A DNA stretch of 64,000 nucleotides from Candidatus Hydrothermales bacterium. GTDB taxonomy: Bacteria; Hydrothermota; Hydrothermia; Hydrothermales; JAJRUZ01. The notes beneath the pieces were generated by a model. That model searched no databases. It saw nothing but the letters and a program-made list of their open reading frames with translations, and had not been told where the DNA came from. The position numbers and the translations under genes were made by a program. The stretch is from positions 1 through 64,000 of the forward strand of contig JBCNUW010000008.1 of NCBI GenBank assembly GCA_039630575.1, given 5' to 3'. Shown here piece by piece: positions 19,960-30,745 of this stretch. Positions within the stretch are counted from its first letter, which is position 1; every line of letters begins with the position of its first letter.

Positions 19960-21471
19960 TTAAATAAGACAGAGCATTATTTCAAACATAACCAAAACTA
20001 AAGAGACAAAAAGAAGAACCTTTTTTAAATTCAAAGAGTAAAGTTCATTTGTATTTTTTATAAAATTTAAATTAGGTGGTATATCTTCAAATTTTGCCAA
20101 AGATGGTAAAACTTTTGGGTTTACCTCTATGATAATTTCTTTCCCATTTTTTAAAAAGTAAACTCCTCTTGAAAGAGGTTTCAAAGTGAATTTTTTTTCT
20201 ACCTTAAGATCGTAAAGTTTTTCCCCTTTATGATTATAAAGTGAAATTTCTTCTTCTTTTAAATTTAATTCGGTTAAAGAACTTTCAGAAACTGTGATTT
20301 TGCTTGAAAGAAAAAATTGAATAACATCTAAGAACAATTTTACAAAATCTGGATTGTAGATAAAATTTGTATGTTCATCAGAGGGATAAAAACTTGCAAG
20401 AGCAATATTTTTACATGCTGAAAAGATATTATGGTTAAAATTCTTTGTTTTAAAGTTTTTTTCTCCTGAAAATAAATGAATTTTCTTAAAACTTATTTTG
20501 CCATCATTCGAAGTTATGTTATTAAGATAACCAGTAAAGATAAACCCTTTTTTTGTTAGCAAAAGCTTTAATTCTTCACTTATTGTATCAGGGAATAAAA
20601 TAAAATTTTTTTCTTCTTTTGCCAAATCTTCAAAATTTTTAAAATTCTTTAAATCAGTTATTACATAAATTTTATTTTCTCCTTTCTTTATTACTTCAGA
20701 AAGGGCTTTTAAAAATTTGTTATGTCCTAAAATTTCTAAATAGACCCCTCTTTCCTCTTCGCTATAGAAGAATCTCTCATTATCATCGAGGTAATCATCC
20801 TTTATATCTAATTTTACAAGTAAAGGATTTAATTGACTTTTTAGTTTGTATCTAAATAAATTTTTTCCTCTATTTATATTTTTTAATTCTCTTAACAATA
20901 AATCCTTTTCATGAAAAATTTCGATCGGAACTTCTTTTATGTCAAAGTCTGATTGAATTGTAATAATTATCTCTTCTGAGATTTTTTTTATGTCTACAAT
21001 TTTTAAATTTTTTATATTTTGTGATCCAATAACATAAATAATTTTATCTACTTCTAAAATTTTTTCTTTGAATGTATCAGGTAAAGGTCCAAGAATAAAA
21101 AGACTTTTTAAACTTTTATCGCTGACAAGTGAATCAAATTTAGAAAAAGGTATTTTTTTTACATCAAAACTTTTTAGTCTCCTTGTCCAAAATGGATGTT
21201 CAAAGTAAACAAGATGATCAAAGTGCCCATATTTAGATTTAATTGTTGGTTGTGAAAATGAAAGGATTATAAAAAAGATAACAAGAACTCTTGTAATTAA
21301 AATAAGGATGTCCTTTAATTTTTTCCTTTTTTTTATCTTTTTTTCTTTTTCAAAAATTTCAACCCATGGGTAAAAAAATTTTATTTTTTTATAGGGAAAA
21401 ATAAGATGAATAATTATAGGAATTAAAGAGAGAGGTATTGCTAATAGAAAAAGGGGTTTTAGAAAAATCAT
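19960..21471 (-). CDS. BatA (aerotolerance N-terminal) domain membrane protein
   Basis: M.FL.PLFLL....IPIIIHL start, ILILITRVL...FSQP; C-terminal TM with E. Confidence 0.75.
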   Translation of the reverse strand: MIFLKPLFLLAIPLSLIPIIIHLIFPYKKIKFFYPWVEIFEKEKKIKKRKKLKDILILITRVLVIFFIILSFSQPTIKSKYGHFDHLVYFEHPFWTRRLKSFDVKKIPFSKFDSLVSDKSLKSLFILGPLPDTFKEKILEVDKIIYVIGSQNIKNLKIVDIKKISEEIIITIQSDFDIKEVPIEIFHEKDLLLRELKNINRGKNLFRYKLKSQLNPLLVKLDIKDDYLDDNERFFYSEEERGVYLEILGHNKFLKALSEVIKKGENKIYVITDLKNFKNFEDLAKEEKNFILFPDTISEELKLLLTKKGFIFTGYLNNITSNDGKISFKKIHLFSGEKNFKTKNFNHNIFSACKNIALASFYPSDEHTNFIYNPDFVKLFLDVIQFFLSSKITVSESSLTELNLKEEEISLYNHKGEKLYDLKVEKKFTLKPLSRGVYFLKNGKEIIIEVNPKVLPSLAKFEDIPPNLNFIKNTNELYSLNLKKVLLFVSLVLVMFEIMLCLI

Positions 21472-22328
21472 AAGAATTTTAAAATCATTAAAAGATTTTT
21501 TTCATATGGTTCTTTACTATTTATTACAAAATTTTTTATTCCTGCCTTTACAATTGTTTCATAAAGATCCCTTTCAAATTCGATTAATTTCTCTTTAAAT
21601 TCATTCCATAATTTTTTTTCATTAACTACAATTTCTTTATGAGTTTCAAGATCCATAAGTATAAAAGGTGGACTTTTTGTTAAATTATAATCTTCATTAC
21701 AGATAAGTCTTATTGAATAAACTTTATTATTTTTTGCTTTTAAATACTTAAGACCTTTTATAAAATCATAAGGCTTATGATAATAGTCAGTAAATAAAAA
21801 TATAATACTTTTATTTTTAACAATTTCAGATAGATAGAGAAAAAGTTCCTTTGGTTCTGTTTTACCCTCGGGTTTCAGATTTTCAAGCGTATCTAAAATT
21901 TTTTCAAGATTTGCCCTTTTTGTGGAAGGAGGTATAAATAGCTTTTGATTGTCTGAGAAAACGTATAGTGATGGTGAATCTCTTTGCAGATAAAACAGAA
22001 AGGAAAGAGAGCCAATTAAAACTTTAGCATATTCAAATTTAGTTGGATTACCAAAATCCATGGATTTTGAAGAATCCAGTAAAAAGTAAACATTTGAGTT
22101 TGTTTCCTCTGAAAATTTTTTTGTATAAAGTCTATCTTTTCTTGCAAAAACTTTCCAGTCAATCATTCTTATATCGTCACCTAAAGAATATCCCCTATGT
22201 TCCACAAACTCCGAGGAATAGCCGTGTAAGGGACTTTTATGAATTCCAAGTAGAATTCCTTCTAAAAGTGCCCTTACCTTAAATCTTAACCCCTTTAATC
22301 TTTCAATTCTCTTTAATTCTTCCCTCAT
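21468..22328 (-). CDS. DUF58 (VWA-like, MoxR-associated) protein
   Basis: GIHKSP.HG.S.EFVEHRGY..GDDIRMIDWK, DSSKSM, FTD. Confidence 0.9.
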   Translation of the reverse strand: MREELKRIERLKGLRFKVRALLEGILLGIHKSPLHGYSSEFVEHRGYSLGDDIRMIDWKVFARKDRLYTKKFSEETNSNVYFLLDSSKSMDFGNPTKFEYAKVLIGSLSFLFYLQRDSPSLYVFSDNQKLFIPPSTKRANLEKILDTLENLKPEGKTEPKELFLYLSEIVKNKSIIFLFTDYYHKPYDFIKGLKYLKAKNNKVYSIRLICNEDYNLTKSPPFILMDLETHKEIVVNEKKLWNEFKEKLIEFERDLYETIVKAGIKNFVINSKEPYEKNLLMILKFL

Positions 22329-23350
22329 ATAAGTTCTTGAATTTTCTCTGCTATTTCCTCTGGTGATAAAATAAAGTCTGAAATACTCTTAACAGCAGCT
22401 GGCATTCCATATATAACTGATGTTTCCTTATTCTGTGAAATAACAATACCTCCTTTGTTTTTTATTTTCCTTGCACCCTCAGAGCCATCTTTACCCATAC
22501 CTGTTAAAATTATTGCAAGAGATTTTTCTCCATAAATCTCTGCAATTGAAGAAAGAATATAATCACCACTTGGTTTTACACCCCATTTCGGTTCATCGTC
22601 AATAAGATCTATTACTACTTTATCTTTTAATTTTTTTAAGGTCATATGAATTCCACCAGGAGCAATATAGATATAACCATTTTTAACAGTTTCTTCATCC
22701 TTAGCCTCTACAACATTTTTACCTGTTAACTTTTTCAATCTATCAACAAATAAGGAGATAAAACTTTTGGGCATATGTTGAACGATAAATATAGGTATAT
22801 CTAAATTTGGAATATTTTTTAATATAAATTCGATAACTGGGGGTCCTCCTGTTGAAGAAACTATCCCAATTGCTAAAATTTTCCTTTCATAAATTTTTTT
22901 CTTTGGTTCAATTCTTTTGTACTTATATCTTAAAATTTCAGGATTAATTTCTTTTGCCAATTTAATCTTTTCATACAGCTCATTTTTTATTTTCTCGATA
23001 TCAACAGATATTGAACCTGATGGCTTTGCTACAAAGTCAAAAGCACCTTTTGATAGCGCTTTTAAAGTTATTTCAGCTCCCTCTGTTGTGTAGGCTGAAA
23101 GCATTATACATGGAATGGGATTATCACTCATAATTTGTTCAAGCACTTCAAGCCCAGTTAAACCAGGCATTTCGTAATCCAAAGTGACTACGTCAGGTTT
23201 TAATTTCTTTATAAGTCTAAGTGCCTCCTCTCCATCCTTTGCTGTTCCAACAACTTCAATATCCCTAAAATTTGATAAAAGATCACTTAAAAGTACACGC
23301 ATCAAATAAGAATCGTCTACAATAAGAACTTTAATTTTATCTGAGGACAA
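22325..23350 (-). CDS. cheB: Chemotaxis response regulator protein-glutamate methylesterase
   Basis: REC domain (VDDS, LDYEMPG) plus SSTGGP, VQHMP, LTGMGKDG catalytic motifs. Confidence 0.95.
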   Translation of the reverse strand: MSSDKIKVLIVDDSYLMRVLLSDLLSNFRDIEVVGTAKDGEEALRLIKKLKPDVVTLDYEMPGLTGLEVLEQIMSDNPIPCIMLSAYTTEGAEITLKALSKGAFDFVAKPSGSISVDIEKIKNELYEKIKLAKEINPEILRYKYKRIEPKKKIYERKILAIGIVSSTGGPPVIEFILKNIPNLDIPIFIVQHMPKSFISLFVDRLKKLTGKNVVEAKDEETVKNGYIYIAPGGIHMTLKKLKDKVVIDLIDDEPKWGVKPSGDYILSSIAEIYGEKSLAIILTGMGKDGSEGARKIKNKGGIVISQNKETSVIYGMPAAVKSISDFILSPEEIAEKIQELI

Positions 23351-23822
23351 TTTCTCTTTCTCTCTTTTTTACTACAATTTTACCTTCTCTTACATTAAAA
23401 AAAACTGATCTACCTTCAGATCCACCGACTTCTTCTTTAACAATTTTTATCATAAGTCTTGTTAAAATATTTCTTGCCTCCAACACATTTCTTGAACCTA
23501 TTGACCAGGGAGAAGATGAAATTGGAGATTCAAATATTGTTGCTCCTCCAATTATGTAAGCTTCTATATTTTCTTTCTTTGAACCCATATGTTCCATTTC
23601 TTTTAACATTTGTGGTATTGCCCTTGTAACATATCTATAAGTAGGAACATTATCTTCTGGTCTTTTTGGTGAAGGTAACATAGCATGGGCAAATCCACCA
23701 ACTTTATTTTTCTCATCAAAAAATATGATAACTACACAGGAGCCTACACCTATTGCTTTGAGGATACCCTCACCTTTTAAAACTTTTCCCTCTCCTATTC
23801 CAACAAAAATTTCATTCTCCAT
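23337..23822 (-). CDS. cheD: Chemoreceptor glutamine deamidase
   Basis: GVGSCV, HAMLP, GGA, IGSRN, EVGG..GR. Confidence 0.93.
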   Translation of the reverse strand: MENEIFVGIGEGKVLKGEGILKAIGVGSCVVIIFFDEKNKVGGFAHAMLPSPKRPEDNVPTYRYVTRAIPQMLKEMEHMGSKKENIEAYIIGGATIFESPISSSPWSIGSRNVLEARNILTRLMIKIVKEEVGGSEGRSVFFNVREGKIVVKKREREIVLR

Positions 23823-23827
23823 TATGT

Positions 23828-24919
23828 TTAATAAAGCGGATCTATGTATTTTCTTATGGCCTCCTTTGCTGGTTCAAAATAGGGGTTTAATTCTGTTACC
23901 CTTTCAAAGACTTTTTTTGCCCCCTCTAAATCTCCAACTCTTGCAAGCACTAAACCATAAAGATAAAGAATATCTTCTGATTGAGGAGCCTTATCTTTAG
24001 CTTTCTCAAGTAGCAAAAGGGCATTTTCATATTCTCCTCTTTCAAATAAAATTCTACCCATACCTGATAAAACTTCAGGAACCTCTGGATGTTTCTCCAT
24101 GTACTTTTTCAGGTATACTTCAGCTTCATCAAAATCTCTCTTACCGATAAGAGTCAAACCTAAAAGTAAATAGGCATCATCTAATTCTAAAGTCTCTAAA
24201 ATTTCTTTTAAAATTTTTTCAGCTTCATTAAATTCACCCTTAAGGTACAAAAACTTAGCACTTTCAAATTTTCTTAACTGGCGTTCCCTTTTTATTGACT
24301 CCTCCATCTTTTCTTTATATAAAATGAACGATTCGTTAAATTCCTTTAATTTTGAAATAAGATCATTAAGCACTGCCCTTTCTTTCTCAAAATTTTCAAA
24401 AAGTTTAGAAATCTTAATTTCAGAATCTTTTATTAAATTTTCTATTTTTTCCTTTTCTAAAGATAGCGCTTTTTCTACTACTACTTCAAAATGTTTCATA
24501 AATTCATTTCTCTCTTTTGTCAATCCTTCAAAAAATAAATTTCTTTCCTCAGAGCTACTTTTTATTGATTCTTCAAATAAATTTTTAAATTCTAAAATCT
24601 TAATCTCTACCTCTTTTTTTGTATCTTTTATAAAATTATTTAATTCCTCAATTTTTAAAATATTTTTCTCTGATGTTTCTCTTAAAAGGTCGTATACTGC
24701 TTTTATGTTTTCATTAAAATTAAGTATGTATTCGAGAATCCCCTCTTTAATTTTAGAATAGTCAAAATCCTCTACTACACCACATCTATTATCTCTATAT
24801 AAAAAACATTTATCTTTCTGACAAGGTACTTCTTTTAAAATATAACTTTCAACTCCACTTTCATCTTTTGACCATAGGGTATTTGACAAAAAGGGGCAAA
24901 TTTTTTCCTCTTTTTCCAT
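23828..24919 (-). CDS. Cys-motif / coiled-coil / TPR protein
   Basis: N-terminal CPFL...PCQKDKC...C, central heptads, ~4 C-terminal TPRs. Confidence 0.7.
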   Translation of the reverse strand: MEKEEKICPFLSNTLWSKDESGVESYILKEVPCQKDKCFLYRDNRCGVVEDFDYSKIKEGILEYILNFNENIKAVYDLLRETSEKNILKIEELNNFIKDTKKEVEIKILEFKNLFEESIKSSSEERNLFFEGLTKERNEFMKHFEVVVEKALSLEKEKIENLIKDSEIKISKLFENFEKERAVLNDLISKLKEFNESFILYKEKMEESIKRERQLRKFESAKFLYLKGEFNEAEKILKEILETLELDDAYLLLGLTLIGKRDFDEAEVYLKKYMEKHPEVPEVLSGMGRILFERGEYENALLLLEKAKDKAPQSEDILYLYGLVLARVGDLEGAKKVFERVTELNPYFEPAKEAIRKYIDPLY

Positions 24920-24928
24920 CTTTAAATT

Positions 24929-27900
24929 TTAAGGTTCTCTTATAGGTAATGGAAAATTTCTATTTGTTTTGCCTCTAAAAAATCTTAGCGGATCCTTAAA
25001 GAAAATGCTTTCCATATAATCAACACCAGTATATTCTCTTTTAAAATGTTCTTTCCATAATTCATCAAGGATTTCAAATTTTTTGTTTTCGATCACACAG
25101 TTGACAAAGTCTCTCCAAGTATTAGATAGTTCTTTACTTTTTAATTCCAAAAGCTTTTCTATTAGGGTTTTAAAATATTCAATCCTTCTCTCTCTATAAG
25201 ATAGTTCTTTTAAAATAAAGACTTCTGTCTCAATATCTCTTATTTTCTCCGCACATATTCTCAGAATTTCAAAAAGTTCCTTCTCATAATCAAAAATTTT
25301 AAGAGTCTCCTTAATTACAGCATAAAAGGTTCCTAAAAGATTAAGTTCAACAATTTTCCTAATTTCCTCTTTTAGTTTATTTACATCTTTAAATCTTATT
25401 GCCAAACTTAATGAAAGACCTATTCCTTCTGGTATAAATTTTCCCCATTTGTTTCTTCTTTTTTCGATTTCCTCAGGATATTTTTCTAAAGTTTCCTGAT
25501 ATAGATAAATTGCACTTTTATCGTTTCTATCAGCTAAAAAGTCAGCATAAGTAAAGAGAAATTCTTTTTCCCGTTCACCTTTAACGAAGGCATCTCTCAT
25601 AATTTCTAAGGATTCTTCCTCAAATTTTTGAATAAATCCCTTTTCTTTAAAAAGTTTAAAGAATTTTATAAAGTCTTTTTTATCTTTTTTTAGTATATAA
25701 AATATTAGTTCCTTTTTTGCTTCGTCGTTTTTAATTTTCTCATAAGAGTATTCTTTTAAGTTGTCAATCAGTTCATAAAGTCTCTCATTAGAGGCAATTT
25801 CATAACTTTTAATAATTTCTTCCTCAAAAGGTAAACCCTCTTCATAGTTTAACTTTGCAAGAATGAAAAGAAGATAAGGGTCGCTCTGTGTTTTTGGGTA
25901 AATTCTTAAGAAAAAGGCGAATTCTTCTTTTAGTTCAGGATTTTCTTCAAAGAATTTTAAAAGTAAAGTTTTATTTTCCTCTTTCTCTATAACTTTAAGT
26001 GCCGTTTTGTATAGATCAATTTCAGGGAAATAGGAAAACTTTGTTTCAATAGTTATGTATATATCTTTTATTTTATTTATCAGTTGTGGAGAGTTTAAAG
26101 CAAGTAAAAAGTAGAACCTTGTTGCTTCAAGCGGTTTATTGAGCAAAAGTGCAAGAGATCCAAGAGTTTGGTAAATAAATGGGGATTTTTCTTTTTTTTC
26201 TCGCTCTCTCAAAAATTCATATAAAAAAATTGGATCAAATTTTTTTTTCTCCTTTAAAAGGTTTTTAATTAGCTCTTTTGCTTTATCAATTTCTCCTTTA
26301 TGATAAAGTACAATTGACTCAAACGAAGAAATATCTCCTAACATTTTTTCATCTCTTACTTCATTTTTCAAAAGTGTAACGAATCTCTCAGCCTCTTCAA
26401 TTTTATTCCATGTTAAAAGTAAATTAACATAAAGAAAAATTAGATGGGGATTTTTTTTCTTTCTAATCTTTTCAGTTAAAATTTTAGAAATTTCCTTAAG
26501 AAAGCCCCTTTCTTTCATTGCATTCCTTAGGTACATAAAAGATTCTTCAAATCTCTCAAGCTCAATAAGTATCGCTCCCTTTAAAAAGTTGAACTCTGGA
26601 ATTTCCTCTCTATAAAACTTTTCAGCAATTCCATGAACAAATTTATTACCTTCCCTATAAGCTTCGTAAAGTTTATAGGCTCCTTCTTTCAATTTTGAGC
26701 TTCTAATAAGGGAAAGTCCCTCTACAACTATGTATTTCTTTGAAAAATTTTCTTTTTCTTTATTTAAAAAATTAATTATTCTATCATTCCAATCTCTATG
26801 TCTTTCTCCAAATTCATCAAGTAGAAGAAGAGCATACTCTGAAGAATCTCTAAATCTTTCTATGAGTTTTTTAATTGTTTCAAAAAATTCTTCACTTTTC
26901 TCCATCATATTTATTTCAGCTAAAAGAATTAATCCTTCTCTAAAGTTGCATAAATTTTCTTTTTTTCTTGAAAATTCTTTCAAAATTAGTTCAATTTCAA
27001 ATTCCTTTCTCAGAAGATATCTAAAAAGTAAAATTCCATTTTTATATTCACCATTTCTTATCAAAGAAGTTGCTAGTGAAAATATAAAAAAGTTTGATTT
27101 TATTTTCTTTTCTTCACAGAGATCTTTTAAAACATTTAAAACTTCTCTATCATTTAGATAATCTGGATTATTTTCATATAGAAAACGCAAATTTTCATCA
27201 ATTTTTTTTTCGTCAATTTCTAATAAAATTCTAAAGGCTCTTGGTGAAAAGGATTTCAAAAGGGACTCTCTCAGTGTTTTTATTCCCTCTACAGTTTTTA
27301 TACCCCTTTTTAAAAATTCTGCTGCTTCCTCTGTTTTTCCTAGCTCTTTTAATATCTCCGAATAAATCATTGATTCCTCTTCATCTAAATCTTCATTTCT
27401 CATTTCTTTAATGATTTCATATGCGTAGTTAAGGTCTATGCCCTCTTTTTGTGTAAGTGAGTTCTTTAAGACTAAAAGTCCCCTTTTTCTTTCACCCTTT
27501 GATAAAAGAAGCTCAGAGAAAAGAAGTTTAAAATATGAAAGTTCTGGAGGCTTTTTTTCAAATTCATTAAGAATATGAGTAGAAAAACTTCTGTCTTCGA
27601 CAAGATCTTCTATGTATTCTAAGGCTTTATTTTCATTTCCTTCAGAATAATATATTAGAAAATTTATAAAACTAGCATATTTTCGTGTGAATCCCACATT
27701 TTGTAGTCTTATTATTTCTTTTTTTAAAAAATTAGTTTGCCCTTTATGTTTGGTATATATGTCGAAAAACTTAAGTGATGCGTCAATATAATTTTTAGAA
27801 AAAAATAAAATAAAATAAACAAAAAGCTGTGATGTAAGTTCTTCTTTTCCTGAATGTTTCTCAAAAAAATGATTCTTTTCTCTCTCTGGGATAAGTGGAA

Positions 27901-28252
27901 AAAGATTTTCTAATTTCTCAAAATTTCCCTCTGAAATTAATTCTAAAATAACCTGTTCTCTTAAAAGAATTTTATCTTTTTCATCGCCACCAAAATACTC
28001 TGTGAATAGTTCAAGAATTTTTTTTCTTCTCGCCGGAAAATTTTTTAACATTAAAAAATGACCGAGAGCCTCTTGATAATTTTTCATCAAAGTGGCTAAT
28101 TCGGCACTTATTTCAAGAAGATCAGGATCTCTCGGTGAAGTTTTTAGGGCTTTTTTACAAAGTGAATAAGCTCTTTCCCACTTACCCTCGTCTCTTAATT
28201 TTTTTGCCTCCTCAAAAGTTTTTTTTGGATCTAAAGCAAAAATGGGAAGCAT
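24929..28252 (-). CDS. Large alpha-solenoid (TPR-like) hypothetical protein
   Basis: 1107-aa ORF, repeated helical TPR-like units. Confidence 0.65.
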   Translation of the reverse strand: MLPIFALDPKKTFEEAKKLRDEGKWERAYSLCKKALKTSPRDPDLLEISAELATLMKNYQEALGHFLMLKNFPARRKKILELFTEYFGGDEKDKILLREQVILELISEGNFEKLENLFPLIPEREKNHFFEKHSGKEELTSQLFVYFILFFSKNYIDASLKFFDIYTKHKGQTNFLKKEIIRLQNVGFTRKYASFINFLIYYSEGNENKALEYIEDLVEDRSFSTHILNEFEKKPPELSYFKLLFSELLLSKGERKRGLLVLKNSLTQKEGIDLNYAYEIIKEMRNEDLDEEESMIYSEILKELGKTEEAAEFLKRGIKTVEGIKTLRESLLKSFSPRAFRILLEIDEKKIDENLRFLYENNPDYLNDREVLNVLKDLCEEKKIKSNFFIFSLATSLIRNGEYKNGILLFRYLLRKEFEIELILKEFSRKKENLCNFREGLILLAEINMMEKSEEFFETIKKLIERFRDSSEYALLLLDEFGERHRDWNDRIINFLNKEKENFSKKYIVVEGLSLIRSSKLKEGAYKLYEAYREGNKFVHGIAEKFYREEIPEFNFLKGAILIELERFEESFMYLRNAMKERGFLKEISKILTEKIRKKKNPHLIFLYVNLLLTWNKIEEAERFVTLLKNEVRDEKMLGDISSFESIVLYHKGEIDKAKELIKNLLKEKKKFDPIFLYEFLREREKKEKSPFIYQTLGSLALLLNKPLEATRFYFLLALNSPQLINKIKDIYITIETKFSYFPEIDLYKTALKVIEKEENKTLLLKFFEENPELKEEFAFFLRIYPKTQSDPYLLFILAKLNYEEGLPFEEEIIKSYEIASNERLYELIDNLKEYSYEKIKNDEAKKELIFYILKKDKKDFIKFFKLFKEKGFIQKFEEESLEIMRDAFVKGEREKEFLFTYADFLADRNDKSAIYLYQETLEKYPEEIEKRRNKWGKFIPEGIGLSLSLAIRFKDVNKLKEEIRKIVELNLLGTFYAVIKETLKIFDYEKELFEILRICAEKIRDIETEVFILKELSYRERRIEYFKTLIEKLLELKSKELSNTWRDFVNCVIENKKFEILDELWKEHFKREYTGVDYMESIFFKDPLRFFRGKTNRNFPLPIREP

Positions 28253-28255
28253 TTT

Positions 28256-29137
28256 TTACCTTTTCTTTGACTTTTTAGCTCTTGTTTCCTCATATTCTAC
28301 AACAAGGGCAGCTACTATGAAAATTGATGAATAGGTTCCTACAGCAATTCCTATGATTAAAGCAAGTGCAAAATCGAATAGCAAAGGACCACCGAGCAAT
28401 AAAAGAACCATTAATACTAAAAGTGTAGTTCCTGCTGTTATTATTGTTCTTGAAAGTGTTTCATTGATACTTCTGTTTGCTATTTCTATAAATTTACCTT
28501 GTCTTTTTTTCATATTTTCTCTTATCCTGTCAGAAATTACTATTGAATCGTTAATGGAATATCCTACTATTGTTAAAAAGGCTGCTATTATTGATGTGGT
28601 AATTTCCTTTGATAGTAAAATAAATATTCCAAGTGTAATAATTACATCATGAAACAACGCTAATATAGATGCAATTCCAAAAGACAGATTAAATCTTAAA
28701 GCAATGTATATAAGCATAAGTATCATTCCTATCAAAACAGCGTAAATTGCCTTAAGTCTCAATTCTTTTCCTATTCTTGGGCCAACTTTTTCAGCTCTTT
28801 CTATTTCAACATTAAGATTTAAGTTTTTCTTCAGAAAATTTACAACTGAATCAGAATCTACATCTTCAGAGTATTTTATTATATGTTCTCTTAAATTTAT
28901 CTCCTGGATTTCAGATTTAGCAAGGTTTATTTTATGGAGTGCACTTCTTAAATTTGAAGTAGTTATCTCTTTATCAGTGTGAATGTGAATTAAAGTTCCT
29001 CCTGTAAAATCTATTCCATAAGTTGGACCTTTGACAAAAAGTAGAATAAGTGAAGATAAAATTAAAAAAGATGATAGGATAAAAAAAATTCTTCTTTTAG
29101 ATAAAAAGTCAATGTTTGGTGTTTTAAAAAATTCCAT
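28256..29137 (-). CDS. secF: Protein translocase subunit SecF
   Basis: GIDFTGG, VGPRIG, HDV, GYSINDSIVISDRIRE, GTYSSIF; SD AGGAGG. Confidence 0.97.
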   Translation of the reverse strand: MEFFKTPNIDFLSKRRIFFILSSFLILSSLILLFVKGPTYGIDFTGGTLIHIHTDKEITTSNLRSALHKINLAKSEIQEINLREHIIKYSEDVDSDSVVNFLKKNLNLNVEIERAEKVGPRIGKELRLKAIYAVLIGMILMLIYIALRFNLSFGIASILALFHDVIITLGIFILLSKEITTSIIAAFLTIVGYSINDSIVISDRIRENMKKRQGKFIEIANRSINETLSRTIITAGTTLLVLMVLLLLGGPLLFDFALALIIGIAVGTYSSIFIVAALVVEYEETRAKKSKKR

Positions 29138-29149
29138 TCAAATTCCTCC

Positions 29150-30652
29150 TTATATTGCCAGTTTTTTAACTTTCTTTACTACTAAAAAGTAATCAAATAT
29201 AGCCCTTGTTACAAAAATTGCTGTAAAGAATGAAGCTGAGATTCCTAAGGCAAGAACAAGTCCAAATCCCCTTATTGGACCTGTTCCAAACCATATTAAA
29301 ACCAGAGCTGCAATAATTGTAGTTAAGTTAGAATCAAGAATTGTAATTAAAGCTCTTTGATACCCTGTGTCTACGGCTGCCTTAAAGGATTTACCGAGCC
29401 TCAATTCTTCTCTTATTCTTTCAAAGATTAATACATTAGCATCTACTGCCATTCCAATTGTGAGGACAAGCCCTGCAATTCCAGGTAATGTTAAAGTACC
29501 TTTAAACAATGACAAAAGAGCAAGTATTATCACCAAATTAAGTAGAAGAGCAAAATTTGATATGAAACCGCCTACAACATAATAAATTGCCATAAAAATC
29601 ATAACTAAAATTCCTCCTAATATTGCACTCTGAATCCCTCTTCTTATTGAATCTTTTCCTAGTAAAGGGCCAACGGATCTTTCTTCTTCAATCTCAACAG
29701 GAGCCGGTAGAGCTCCTGCTCTTAATATCACTGCTAAATCTCTTGCTTCTTCCATTGTTTCAATACCTGTTATCTGTGCATTTCCTGTGGGTATTTTCTG
29801 GGCTATCCTTGGTGCTGATTGGACTATAGAGTCAAGAACTATTGCAAGCCTTCTTCCAACATTTTCACCTGTAACTCTTGCAAAATCTATAGTACCCTTT
29901 CTATCAAAAGAGAGATTTACTATAGGCGTGTTTTGTAAAATTGGGTCATCTCCCTGATAAACTGAATGTATCGCATCTTTTATATGTTCACCTTTAACAT
30001 CTGGATCTTTATTTAAAAGAAAAAGTGGTCTTAGTTTTTTCCCTTCTACTTCGAAAGATTTTCCAAACATAAAAATTTTATCTGGTGGTAATAAACTTTT
30101 AATATCTTCTTTCCTTAAAATTTTCTTTATACTGTCAAAGTAAATCTCTTCAAAAACAATGTCTCCTCTGTATAGGAATAAAAGGGGTTTTATGGAATTA
30201 TCAATTTTATCAATGATTTTTTTTGTTTTTTCAATATCTTCAACTAAGTGAAAAGTTAAAACAGCAGTTTTTCCTATTATTTCTCTTGCCCTTTCTCTTT
30301 CCATAACTCCCGGAAGTTGAACCATTATCCTATCCTCACCAACTGGTTGAATTACAGGTTCATAAACACCCCATTGATCTATCCTATTTCTAATGATTTC
30401 AAGAACCCTATCTCTTGCATCCTTAACTTTTTCCTTTTCTTTAGCCTCTACTTTCAGGACAAGATACATACCTCCAACCAGATCAAGACCTAACGAAAGT
30501 GCTCTGTTAAGTAGTTTTCTTACTTCCTCTTTAGGTTTCCTTTCTAGTTCTTTTTTAGGCATTGAATAGTATTGAAAAGTTGGTAGTAAGGTTATAAAAG
30601 AAAATAAAATAATTATTAAAATTATTAAATATTTCCATCTTAACGTTTTCAC
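29150..30652 (-). CDS. secD: Protein translocase subunit SecD
   Basis: LGLDLVGG, VQLPG, RAGALPAP, TLPGIAG, VDANVLIFERIREE; start re-called to GTG 30652 (track start TTG 30688 lies in a predicted leader hairpin). Confidence 0.95.
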   Translation of the reverse strand: MKTLRWKYLIILIIILFSFITLLPTFQYYSMPKKELERKPKEEVRKLLNRALSLGLDLVGGMYLVLKVEAKEKEKVKDARDRVLEIIRNRIDQWGVYEPVIQPVGEDRIMVQLPGVMERERAREIIGKTAVLTFHLVEDIEKTKKIIDKIDNSIKPLLFLYRGDIVFEEIYFDSIKKILRKEDIKSLLPPDKIFMFGKSFEVEGKKLRPLFLLNKDPDVKGEHIKDAIHSVYQGDDPILQNTPIVNLSFDRKGTIDFARVTGENVGRRLAIVLDSIVQSAPRIAQKIPTGNAQITGIETMEEARDLAVILRAGALPAPVEIEEERSVGPLLGKDSIRRGIQSAILGGILVMIFMAIYYVVGGFISNFALLLNLVIILALLSLFKGTLTLPGIAGLVLTIGMAVDANVLIFERIREELRLGKSFKAAVDTGYQRALITILDSNLTTIIAALVLIWFGTGPIRGFGLVLALGISASFFTAIFVTRAIFDYFLVVKKVKKLAI

Positions 30653-30705
30653 TTTTAGAGGATATTGAATTTGGGGATTGGAACCCAATGGTTTTTGACA
30701 AATTG

Positions 30706-30735
30706 ATTATAAAGAAAATTTTAAAAATTTATCAA
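30706..30735 (-). promoter_or_regulatory. sigma70 promoter TTGATA-N18-TATAAT for secD operon
   Basis: Near-consensus hexamers on minus strand. Confidence 0.6.
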
Positions 30736-30745
30736 ACTTTTAAAG

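Noticed and set aside
30653..30688. SecD N-terminal extension MGSNPQIQYPLK from TTG 30688
   Set aside because: Falls in the predicted leader hairpin just after the promoter; GTG 30652 gives a typical SecD start (not proven)
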